The notes under the pieces are model-generated. The model did not search any database. It worked only from the letters and a program-made list of their open reading frames with translations, and was not told the origin of the DNA. From the NCBI RefSeq assembly GCF_004010195.1, contig NC_057719.1:53917199-53953319 (forward strand): a stretch of DNA of 36,121 bases, written 5' to 3'. Positions within the stretch are counted from its first letter, which is position 1, and each line of letters starts with the position of its first letter. Made by a program: the position numbers and the translations under genes. This DNA is from Chiloscyllium plagiosum (Eukaryota). Below are positions 1 to 10,750 of the stretch, piece after piece.

Positions 1-1322
1 GGGCGCCGGTCAGCTCCTCCGAAGTGACGGGAGCGTCGAGCCTTCCGGCGTCCTCCGGGCCGAGCTGCGGCAGGTCCTCCCACAGAACTCTGCGAGCATC
101 CTCGCTGGACGGATCCGGAGAGAACAGGGCTGTGTAATAGTTTCGGACGTGGGCCCTGATGCCCTCCGGATCCGAGACGAGGGACCCGTCGTCGGCCAGC
201 AGCACAAGGAGCTGCTGACGGGTGCCACGCCTTTTTTCCAGCGAGTAGAAGAAGGGGGAGCCGCGGTCCAGGTCCTGGAGGAGCTGGATCCGCGACCTCA
301 CGTACGCGCCCCGAGCCCCGATGAGCTGCAGGTCCCAGAGCGCGGCCTTCTTCTCTTCGTACACCCCGCGCAGGGCCGGGTCCGCGTCGGGCTGACCGAG
401 GCGTGACTCCAGGTCGAGCAACTCCCTCTCCAACTCCCCGATCCTGGATTTCTGCCTTTTCGTCGACCCCCTCGCGTACTCCTGACAGAAGACGCGGACG
501 TGAGCCTTGCCCACGTCCCACGATAGCCTCAGGGAGGGGAAGCTTCCCCGCTTCCTTCTCCAGCCGGCCCAGAAACGACGAAACGAGTCCTGGAACCGCT
601 CGTCCTCCAGCAGCAGGTTGTTAAAGTGCCAGTACGCGGAGCCGAGCCTGGCGCTGAACGGAAGGAGTTCCGCCCACACCAGGTGATAGTCCGTGCACGA
701 CACCTGCCACGTGGAGGCCTTCGGAAAACAGGAGGCATACGCCCGCGAAACGTACAGGCGGTCGATTCTGGATGCTCCGACCTCAGGCCTCACGAAGGTG
801 AAGGCGATGGAGTCGGGATGGAGATTCCGCCAGACGTCCACCAGGTCGAAGGACTTGATCAAGTCCCCCAACCAGTGCGGGCACCGCTGTGGTCCCTTCC
901 CTCGAGGACGACGCACTGGTTCTCGTTGATGGAAGCGAGATGTGCGGACACTTCTTCGAAGAAACTCGCTTGCCTCGGCCCGGCCAGGGGAGCGTAGACG
1001 TTCACCAAGTGAAGCACGCGCCCCCCAGCCGAACCGTCAGGTGAAGCAAACAGCCTGGTACTGGCTCCCTGACCCCCAAGATCACCGGCTGAAAATGCGG
1101 GGCCACCAGGATAGCCACCCCGCCAGATCTGCGGGTGAGGTGACTCATCTAGACCCCCCCTCACCACTCCAGGAGCCAGGTGGCTTCGTCTCCCAGGGTA
1201 GTGTGGGTTTCTTGCAGGAAGCACACCGCATACCTCCCGTCCCGAAGGACCGAGAGGGTCTGGAATCTGCGCTGCGACTCCCTGCTGCCGTTGATGTTGA
1301 GGCTGGCTATAGTCGTCCCCAT
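1..1322 (-). pseudogene. Tx1 ORF2 N-terminal part (APE endonuclease plus linker), disrupted
   Basis: ATG at 1322 gives MGTTIASLNINGSRESQRRFQ...LQETH. Two in-frame stops follow (EW*GGV*), with frameshifts near 1020 and 865. The GDFN motif is deleted and SDH reads TDY. The frame appears open from about 860 to the window edge. Confidence 0.85.
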
Positions 1323-2445
1323 GTCGGAAGCTTTGTGCAACCACCACCAGTACCAGGCGCCAGGCGGGCAGCGTGGGCCGACCAGTAAACTTTTTCGAAA
1401 GAGCTCCAGCGGTCAAGCGCCAGTTGGGCTCTATCCCAGCGACCCCGAGTTTCCTCGACAAATTCCCGGAGTTCCTCAAGGGGGATGAGGGGGGAGATCG
1501 GTGGGGGGCACCTGGGACTCAAATATGTCACTGCAGACGGAGTCCGCGTCGTCCCCGGTGTCGGCCACAGATCCCGAACCCTCCTCTGGGAGGTCGCCCT
1601 CAGTCACCGACCCCTCCCCCACCGAGTGGATGGGGGCTGGTCCGGCGCCGCCAACCGGCCTCAAACCCCCGGCGACCCCACCCCCAGGGTCACCGGCGGT
1701 ACCTTCCTCAGCGCACCCCTTCCTGGAACGCTCCGGGTTCGGGTCGTCGGGCGGCAGAGGCTCGGGGCCCCGCTCCTCTCCTGACACCAGGACGCCTGGC
1801 TCCTCAGGGAAAAGGTCATCTCCCAGGAAAAGGTCCTCCCCCGGGGCCAAGGCCCCCGGACAAACAGTCTGGGAGGGAGGAGCGAGGATAACACCCTCCT
1901 CCCCTCCAACGCTCGACGACCCAGCAGAGGGTCCTCTGTCGTCGCACGCACCACGGCCCTCTTGGTTATTAAGGTCCTCCCCAGGGGCCGGAGGAGTCAA
2001 GGCAGCAGGAGGCCCTGCTGTAGCCCCCGGGGGTTTTGGTAAGTCAGGCCGCGGTGCGGGACAGTCGTGGGGCACCGTTGGTTCGTCCCCTGGAGAGGGG
2101 TAGCGCCACCGGAGTGTCTCTCCCCTCCAGGGGCCGGTGCCTCTTCCCCAGAGAGACCGGGGGGAATTTATAGGCCTTCTCCTCCCCACCCGCCTCGGTG
2201 GTCATGGGGCCTGAGGTCCTTCCCCCCAGCCTTTCCCGGAATACGAATGGCTGGGGGAAGACAGGGGGCACGGCCAGGGTGGGGAGGGGGCAGCCGTGTC
2301 TCTTCCTGCCCCGCCCCCGGTCCATCAGGTGAGGGTGGGCGGGGCAGGGGCAGGGGCAGGGGCAGGGGCAGGGGCCCAGCTCCCTTTCCGGGGCCTGGAG
2401 ACACGGTCACTGCAGGAGGTGGAGCAGCGGTGGTTCCCCCAGGTT
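1..2445 (-). mobile_element. Tx1-clade (L1 superfamily) non-LTR retrotransposon, partial: Pro-rich ORF1 3' part plus ORF2 endonuclease and linker
   Basis: GC- and CpG-rich block. The minus strand gives APE motifs (SLNING, FLQETH, SGGVAIL, VNVYAP, LVDVWR, SRIDRLY) followed by AYWHFNNLLLED and FFYSLEK, typical of Tx1 ORF2. It runs off the left window edge and into the gap on the right. Confidence 0.9.
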
Positions 2446-2945
2446 NNNNNNNNNNNNNNNNNNNNNNNNNNNNNNNNNNNNNNNNNNNNNNNNNNNNNNN
2501 NNNNNNNNNNNNNNNNNNNNNNNNNNNNNNNNNNNNNNNNNNNNNNNNNNNNNNNNNNNNNNNNNNNNNNNNNNNNNNNNNNNNNNNNNNNNNNNNNNNN
2601 NNNNNNNNNNNNNNNNNNNNNNNNNNNNNNNNNNNNNNNNNNNNNNNNNNNNNNNNNNNNNNNNNNNNNNNNNNNNNNNNNNNNNNNNNNNNNNNNNNNN
2701 NNNNNNNNNNNNNNNNNNNNNNNNNNNNNNNNNNNNNNNNNNNNNNNNNNNNNNNNNNNNNNNNNNNNNNNNNNNNNNNNNNNNNNNNNNNNNNNNNNNN
2801 NNNNNNNNNNNNNNNNNNNNNNNNNNNNNNNNNNNNNNNNNNNNNNNNNNNNNNNNNNNNNNNNNNNNNNNNNNNNNNNNNNNNNNNNNNNNNNNNNNNN
2901 NNNNNNNNNNNNNNNNNNNNNNNNNNNNNNNNNNNNNNNNNNNNN
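2446..2945. other. Assembly gap (500 N)
   Basis: Run of exactly 500 N, probably a fixed-size scaffold spacer. Confidence 0.99.
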
Positions 2946-3644
2946 GGAGGCAAAAATTCTCAATAGTACCTTACCAAACAAATAGGAGTATCCATTTCCT
3001 TGTGTTCTAACCACACTCATCTATGATTGATCTGCAGGTAGCTTTCTCCAAAAGAAAAAAACACTGAGAACCGGGTTTGACTTACTCTTTTAAACTTCAA
3101 AATGGAAGTCCAGTTTGACCAGTAAGTTCATTTTCAAGAATTCCTGTTTTTGTATTGGTCTGTCTCTCTGAGTTAGCTGGTGCCAGCCCCAGTGATGATT
3201 TCCAAACCACTCAATTCAATAGTCGAGCAGTCACTGCCCAGTGGCACCCTAGCTGATTTGCTGCATGTTCACCAGTCCTGACCATTAATTCAGGCAAGAC
3301 CTCCCTACTTCCACTTCTGGAAATGCCTGCTGACTCACAGACCATATTTCCACCTCAAGGTAAAAGTTAAGCCCATGGGATTTAATGGATATCTCGTGAG
3401 GAAAATAATTAAATCAAAGTGCCGTCATAAAGAAATTATAGTAAATCTGTGCTTATGCTACATTTTCCTAAACTGGAATTTTGTTGGGAGATATGACCAA
3501 GTATGTGGATCGACATTCTCTGGAGTAACAAGTGTTATTATCAATAACAGTTGATTTTGTGGGGAACATTATTGCTGGAAAGTCAAATTCTTTAAACATG
3601 AAACACACATGTTTATCAACAGCTATGTTTGTATACCAATATTG

Positions 3645-3880
3645 GTTATAGAGTTATACAGCATGGAAATATACTATTCGGTCCAACCAGTTCATGTTGA
3701 CCATAATCCAAACTAAACTAGTCCGACCTGCCTGCATTTGGCCCATATCCCTTGAAACATTTTCTTATTCATGTACTTATCTATATGTCTTTTAAACATT
3801 GAAACTATATCTGCTTCCACCCCTTCCTCAGGAAGTCCATTCCACACACAAACCACTGTCTGTATGAAGAGATGTTCCCT
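3645..3880 (-). mobile_element. CR1/HER1-type LINE 3' end fragment
   Basis: Reverse complement resembles the 3' ends of the CR1 copies at 10500-10750 and 27880-28120 (end of ORF2 plus tail). Confidence 0.8.
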
Positions 3881-4057
3881 TTTTTTGAGTTTCCTAAGCT
3901 CTCGTGGTCAGATATTCAGCAATAGTCCTCTCTGAAGTGTTCCTACAGATCTTCTAGTTTTCCATTATTTTCCATTGTCCATGCAAGTTTCACAGCTTAT
4001 CAATTATGATGCTTGTCAACCCAATCATCCTCTCAAATGGAAAGAGTTTGATTAAAC

Positions 4058-4310
4058 ATTAAATCATTTAGCATGAAGGAGGCCATTCAGTCCCTCATAC
4101 CTGTGTCAGCCCTAATTGAAAGAGCTATCGGATTAGTCTCTGTGCTGGCTCCTTGCCCAAAGCTCTCTTACATTTTTTTTCCTTTTAAATTATTTATCCA
4201 ATTCAATTTCAGAAGTATCTATTGAGCCTGTTTCCACCATCCTTTCAGAGAGTACACTCCACCTCATGCCATATTGCCATATTCAAATCATTCTCCCCAT
4301 CTCTCCTCTG
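4058..4310 (-). mobile_element. Old CR1-like LINE 3' end fragment
   Basis: Tail-type motif GAAGGAGGCCATTCAG.CC followed by TATTTATCCAATT...CCACCATCCTTTCAG, shared with the degraded copy at 12565-12770. Confidence 0.6.
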
Positions 4311-5329
4311 AAATAAGAAGGGAGATATCAACTGTGAAATTACAGTGCTATCAAAAATAGTCAAAATAACATGAAAGGTTTTTGGTTACTATACTTTTAC
4401 ATTCTTCATATCTCCTGTGACATTGATGTTAAATAACAATTTTGCAGTTAGCAATTTCAATCTAGAGAAGCACTGAGTGTAAAGGAAAGCAGATTAATTA
4501 CTGAAAAATGAAATATCTGAGTGAGTTACGTACATGGATTTTATGATCAGCTTAAGTTTCATTAAAGGCAGGATGTTGTGCAAAACTCATTCATTTCACT
4601 TGTATTGTGTGCATTCTGTGCACAATTGAGTCCAGGCTAATTTGAATGTTAATGAGCACAAACTACAGAAAATGACCTCCGTTAAAAGTACATCAGTTAT
4701 CAAAGTGAAAATCAGAATGAGGTCCTACAACAGCTCAAAGGGACACACATGACATTTGTGGAATGGCCAGCAGCAAATCTTTGAAAATAAAACTACGTTT
4801 ACAAAAAGTAGAATCGATCTTAAAGTGCATGGGTTCTGTGATGGGAAATCAGAATTTTTCTAAGAAAGAGCCATAAGAATGGAGCGTCACTTTGGCATGA
4901 AACACCACCAGCAATCCAGGCAGCAGGAAATTGTGAACACTGATGTTGCTGCTTCCTGTGCAAGATTACATACCTGGAGGCTTTCCAGGAATTATACAAC
5001 AAACATTGGCAGGTTAACAAAAGTAAAAGAAGTCATTATCACTTTCTATTAGTGTAATGAATATTCTGCAAATATGACATTTATAATTACCTGCTCATCA
5101 TACTGTCTTAAACTTCTGTAATTCTGTTGTTTCAGTTATATCCAAGTAAGGGGCTGATTAAAATTGCAGGGAATTTGGTTGTTGGCAGGCATTACCTTAT
5201 ATTTAATATGTTAAATATTAACCATATACATTGAAGAGAACTGTCCCATCAGCCATATGATTTTACATCACTTCCTCTGCTAATGTAGACTCTTATTTGC
5301 ATATTCACATTTAGCCTTTACATGACAAA

Positions 5330-5457
5330 AGCATTTACAAATCTTATCACAAGTTATTTTTCATTAACCTGTTCAGTTATATTATAACATCTCCAGAGAG
5401 GTGGGACTTGAACCCAGGCCTCCTGGTTCAGAGATTGGCTCATTACCACTGTGTCAT
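5330..5457 (-). mobile_element. tRNA-derived SINE head fragment
   Basis: Minus strand has an A-box-like TGACACAGTGGTAATG and a B-box GGTTCAAGTCC (5403-5413) at tRNA spacing. The left boundary is uncertain. Confidence 0.6.
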
Positions 5458-5640
5458 TAGATTCCTTAAAACTTGTCATAAATGACCACAAGATATCATT
5501 TCATCACATGCATCTCTGTCCCTCTCTCTCCCTCCTCTCTGTCCCAACCATCAACTCAACTGCATTGGGGTGTGATTTCTCAGACTACTGAAAGTGGGTT
5601 TGGAGGTGGGAGCCTGGAAATGTTGAGAAGAAAAGTTGTT

Positions 5641-5800
5641 AGCTGAAAATGTGTTGCTGGAAAAGCGCAGGAATCCTGACGAAGGGCTTATGCCCGAAAT
5701 ATCGATTCTCCTGTTCCTTGGATGCTGCCTGACCTGCTGCGCTTTTCCAGCAACACATTTTCAGCTCTGATCTCCAGCATCTGCAGTCCTCACTTTCTCC
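5641..5800 (+). mobile_element. Penelope-like element terminal repeat insertion with inverted 5' segment and target-site duplication
   Basis: Perfect 30-bp inverted repeat (5641-5670 / 5737-5766). Flanking direct repeat AAGAAAAGTTGTT (5628-5640 / 5801-5813). Hammerhead core inside. Homologous to 6073-6197 and 22977-23077. Confidence 0.75.
5671..5708 (+). ncRNA. Minimal type I hammerhead ribozyme motif
   Basis: Stem I GAATC/GATTC; core CTGACGA; stem II GGGC-TTAT-GCCC; GAAA; palindromic ATAT stem III remnant; AUC cleavage triplet. Confidence 0.7.
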
Positions 5801-6072
5801 AAGAAAAGTTGTTAGGCTTGTATTCTGATGCATTCACTGCCTCCTTCCAACTTTCACCGTACAGGTTAGGAATCTTGTTGAAATCTGATACTACAATGGC
5901 CTAAAGACAATTAAAGTAAAGGAGGCAACTGAGAGAATCATTATGCCTGCAATGGCTATTTGCCAGCTACAGACAAGCCATATACATCATTTGGAAATTG
6001 GCAAAGAGGGAAATGCAGAACAGGAAATCATTCAGGCAGACAAGTGACAGTGACAAACCTGAGGTCACCTAA

Positions 6073-6197
6073 GAGAAAGTGAAGACTGCCAAAGCTGAAG
6101 ATCAGAGTTGAGAGTGTGGTGTGAGAAAAGTACAACAGGTCAGGCAGCATCAGAGGAGCAGGAAAATTGATGTTTCAGGCATAAGCCCTTCATCAGG
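6073..6197 (-). mobile_element. Penelope-like terminal repeat copy with hammerhead motif
   Basis: Reverse complement CCTGATGAAGGGCTTATGCCTGAAACATC...GATGCTGCCTGACCTG...CACTTTCTC aligns with 5675-5800. Confidence 0.75.
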
Positions 6198-6894
6198 GAC
6201 AGGGTAATGAAGACATGAGATGCTCGGTGAAACCCATATTAATGAGAGTGGCATTGATACAGACATTTGTGACCATTCCAGCAGAAGTCTTATATAACTC
6301 AGTGGGTTACAGATCTTTCCCATCTTCCTTCCATTTGCTGCAGAAGTAGCAAATCACCAGAGAGCAAATCTCTGTGCAGTCATTGTGAACGCCAGGGAGG
6401 ACCGTTAAAACCTGCATGCTCAATTGTGATCCCAACACGTCCTCCTGCTTGCCACTCCTAATTACACAGTGATCCCCGAGGCAAGTTCCTAATTGGATAC
6501 CTTCTGGAAAGTTCCTGCAGAAAGCTTGTCACTTATACAACCCAGGAATTATGCAAAATCTAAGATGGCAAACTGCCACCATCCCCCTTACGGCTCTACA
6601 TAATAAAATAAAGAGGCATGTATTGAATGAAACACACAGTACAAGCCACTCAGAGCAAAGAGTAATAGCACAGGAACACGAAAATATATTGTCAGAAATG
6701 GTCAATTTTTCCACCATTTTGATTAATAAACATGGTTTCAATAGATTCAGAGGTGACACCAAATTAAGTGAAGTAGTCCTTTATTTCAAGAACAAATAAG
6801 TGTTAATATATTTCAGGAACAAAATATTGGGAGTCTGAAATGAAAACAGAAAATGTTGTCAATACTCAGCAGCGTGGGTGACTAGAGAAACAGT

Positions 6895-7143
6895 TTTAGA
6901 TTCCATACAGTGTGGAAACAGGCCTTTCCGCCCAGCAACTCCGAAGAGTAACCCACCCAGACCCATTTTTTCCTCTGACTAATGCACCTAACACTATGGG
7001 CAACTTAGCATGGTGAATTCACTTGGCCTGCACATCTTTGGACTGTGGGAGGAAACCCACGCAGACACGGGGAGAATGTGCAAACCCCTAGGACTCTGGT
7101 GCTGTGAGGCAGCAGTGCTAACCACTGAGCCACTGTGCCGCCC
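6895..7143 (-). mobile_element. HE1-type tRNA-derived SINE (internally deleted)
   Basis: Minus strand starts GGGCGGCACAGTGGCTCAGTGGTTAGCACTGCTGCCTCACAG. It aligns with the copies at 16175 and 27449, but the B-box region is deleted. Confidence 0.88.
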
Positions 7144-8714
7144 CAATGGGCAGTTAATGGACCTGATTCCATGTCAGAATAAGTTAGATGTGGGTGTAGA
7201 TTGCAGTATTTTGAAACTCCAGTTGGAAAAGAGGCCCACACAATTGTCCCTTAGTCGAGATAATATCTGGGACAGCTTCAGGTTATGATCATATCCACAT
7301 GTCCTCTGACATTACAGTCATCATTCACAGCACTAGTGATAATTTGCTTTTCATGTCCTCAGTATTTTCAATGGGTTTGACAAGTTTTGAAATTCCTGAA
7401 AACCTTCCTTGTTTGACAGTTTGGGTACCTGAGCAAAAATCCACTGAGATGTTGAGAATATTCTAACAGATCATTGTTAAATGATCTGACAGCTTCAAAT
7501 GTCATGATTAGATGCTGTTTATGAGGCAAAAATGTGATTCATCAATGGATACTGTATGGCAAAGGTAAGTTGACCATTACTGATTTATAGAAATGTTGAG
7601 ATGCATTAGAGTACTTTATTCTGTTCAGAAAGCTGCTGTGTACATTTAAAAGAGAAGTAATGCATGCTTGGGAATTCAGCTGTCATGATCTGCAGTGATT
7701 TAAATGCAAGCAACCCAAAAAGAATACTTGTTGCTGTGCTGATTTAATTGACTGGACATTTGTTGTAAATTAGGAATAGCTGGTCCATCTACTCCTCCAG
7801 TTTCATCATGTTCCATTGTTTGTTTTTATAATGGATTATTTCATTAACTGAATTCATTTTGAATGCTTGTTGAGTTTTGAAAGCTATAAAATAGCGCATA
7901 TGTCAACAAGTAGATGCATTAATAGCTAAATCAACAGTTTAAAGAGATAATGAAAGGATTGGAGTGTACTTCATGAATATTGGATGAGTAGCTATAGAGG
8001 ATGAATGGGAGAATAGAGGAAATGGGGATATTAAAAGGTATGGAGAATGAAAGAGGGATATGCCTGGGACAGGGAGCTGGCATGGGGATTTGTTTGAGAT
8101 GTAAGGAATGATGTTCAGTGGGTATAGGTTCAACTTACCAAAGCTTTTTTTAATGTCCCACTGAACCAAGGTGGGCCATCTAGCCTTTCAGAATCACATT
8201 CTTCCAACACTAACCCAGGAATCAGACAATCCAAAACCTTGCTTCTCACATCTTCAAGACAAAAATATTACAGATATGGACAGAGGTGAGGGGTTCATGT
8301 TTCCAAAGTCAGGAAGTGATCCAAGTCATGTTTCCCAACTTGAAAATCAAACTTAACATTTTAGGTTGATAACCTTTAAACAGACCCATTCTAATAAAAG
8401 TAACAAGACACGGCTGTTACTTCCAGAAGCAGGGAACCGAGCTCGAGTGGGCTATTTACTAAAAGCTCGAAGTCTTGTTGATCTGTGGCTAATTGTCATA
8501 ATGGTCACAAGCATATCATTTGGATTGTGTCATTCTGCAGCCATCTTGTGAAGGTTGGCACTATCAAGATCATGCTTCTCTACAAAGCTTCATCCATTCC
8601 ATTTCAAGGAGATCCTGCAGCCTCACCCTATTGACACTGACACGGTGCATGTCTGTTTGTAGTTGTAAAATATTCATAACAATGCCCCCTTAAGGATCCA
8701 AACTGTGGTACTTA

Positions 8715-8910
8715 CCCTTATCGACACATCAGTGACAGTGGAGGAAGGTTCTCCAGACGACTCCATGCTGCTGATCTCCATGCAGGGAGGTTTCTTTCTT
8801 CTGTTGCTAGGGATGAGGACTTCTTTCTTTGCTTGAGTAGCCTGGATGACGACATGCAGGGAATCAAAACTGAATCATTGGTGCTGGGCGATATTTCCTC
8901 TGCCATGCCA
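8715..8910 (-). pseudogene. Myb/SANT-like (trihelix) ORF remnant of a Harbinger-type DNA transposon
   Basis: Frameshifted translation ...NDSVL../QATQAKKEVLIPSNRRKKP../GVVWRTFLHC, ending at a GGTAAG donor-like site. It resembles the clearer copy at 30580-30813. Confidence 0.45.
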
Positions 8911-9494
8911 ATAAGTGAAACCTTCCTCTGGAGTTCTTTAGTGATTGATTATTTGAAAAGTCACTTGTTTCTTGTGCTGAAGGCTCATATGCTGATGAGC
9001 TGATCAGAAGATACAGTCTGACACAGCCTCATGTTCTGAATGGCCCTTTCAACATGTTATGCACATGGTAGCAAGGCTGCTGCCTCAATCCTTGCCTCTG
9101 ACCTGTGAATGGTTGGCCTGCCTAGTGGCTGTTTGTTAATTGGTCAGCAGACACAAGATAGTTCCAGAAATGAGACAAAAGAGTAGGAGGGCCTTAATCA
9201 CCCATGAACAAGTCATTTCAGATCCTTGCCCATATCAACAATGGACTTATTCCCTATCCAACTGTTATTGTGAATGCAGGAAATTGGGGAAAAAAAGATG
9301 TGTTGGATAAAGACAGGTAAGATATACCATATAGTCAACTAAAGTAAATCACAACACACTAATGATGAGCAAGTGTCCACCACAGTGGAGCTGAATAAGA
9401 TCTTTGGTTTGATATTTACAAAAGTTGAAAATGGTCACACTTTTCCATCATAGGGAAAATGCAATCAAGAGATTAACATTATACTCATATTACT

Positions 9495-10750
9495 TTGTGA
9501 TTGGGAGTTCATGCCTCCCAAATTTGTTAGAGTTCTTGATGAAGTGACCAGGAAAGTTGAAGAGGGCAGGGTAGTAGAAGTAATCTATATGGTTTTCAGT
9601 AAGGCCTTTGATAAGGTTCCATATGCTAGGCTGCTCTGCAAGGTTAGATCGCATGGAATCCAGAGGGGAGCTGGCAAATTGGTACACAATGGCTTGATGG
9701 TAGGAAGGAGAGGGTAATAGTGGAAAGATGCTTATCAGACTGGAGTCCTGTGACTAGTGGAATGCCTCAGGGGTTGGTGCTGGGCCCATTACTGTTTCTT
9801 ATCTATATCAATGATTCAGATGAGAATGTACAAGACATGATTAGTAAGTTTGCAGATAACATTAAAATAGGCGGTATTGAGGACAGTGAGGAAGATTATC
9901 AGAAATTGCAGCAGGGCCTTGAACAACTGGGTAAGTGGGTTGTGAAATGACAAATGGAATTTAATATAGATAGGCATGAGGTCTTGTATTTTGGAAAGTC
10001 AAATCAAGGTAGGATTTTCATGGTGAATGGTAGAGCCTTAAGGAGTGTAGTGGAACAGAATGACCTTGCAGTTCAGATACATGGCTCTCTGAAAGTGGAG
10101 TCACAGCTAGACAGGCCAGTGAAGAAAGCTTTTGGCACACTGCCCCTCATCAGTCAGGGCACTGAGTATAGAAGTTGGGAGGTTATGTTGCAGTTGTATA
10201 GGACTTTCGTGAGGCTGCATTTGGAGTATTGTATTCAGTTTTTCTCACATTGCTCCAGGAAGGTGGTATTAAACTGGAAAGACAGCATAAAAAATTTACA
10301 AGCATGCTGCGAGGTCTCAATGGTCTGAGTTATAGGGAGAGGGTGGACAAGCTCAGACCTTTTGCTTTAGAGCATAAGAGACTGAAGGGGGACCTTACAG
10401 AGGTGCATAAGATCATGAGAGACATGAATAGGATAAATACACTCAGTCTTTTTCCTAGGGTTGGGGAATGAAGGACTAGAGGGCATCAGTTTAAGGTTAG
10501 AGGGGAAAGAATAAGGGGAACCTGAGGGGTAACTTCTTTACACACATGGAATGAGCTGCCAGCAGAAGTGGTTGAGGTGGGTACATTAATAACATTTAAA
10601 AGGCATTTGGACAAATACATGGATAGGAAAGATTTAGAAGGATCTGAGCCAAGTGCAGGGAAATGGGGTTAGTGTGAATGGGCATTTTGGTCGACATGGA
10701 CCAGTTTGGACCACAGAGTCTATCTCTGTGCTGGAGGACTCCAACTCTCT
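9495..10750 (+). mobile_element. CR1/HER1-type LINE, 5'-truncated (RT C-half plus 3' UTR)
   Basis: VIYMVFSKAFDKVP, VTSGMPQGLVLGPLLFLIYIND, KFADNIKIGG, LYRTFVRLHLEYCIQF, RLKGDLTEVHKIM, with frameshifts and stops. Confidence 0.93.

Noticed and set aside
149..2103. Many overlapping + strand ORFs
   Set aside because: Antisense shadows of the GC-rich Tx1 coding sequence, with no recognisable motifs.
2067..3020. Long ORFs spanning the N run
   Set aside because: Artefacts of translating through the assembly gap.
6280..6890. Continuation of the viral L sequence (ORF 6551-6799)
   Set aside because: No L motifs found. The viral alignment appears to skip from about 6275 to 7144, so this is probably inserted old repeat DNA.
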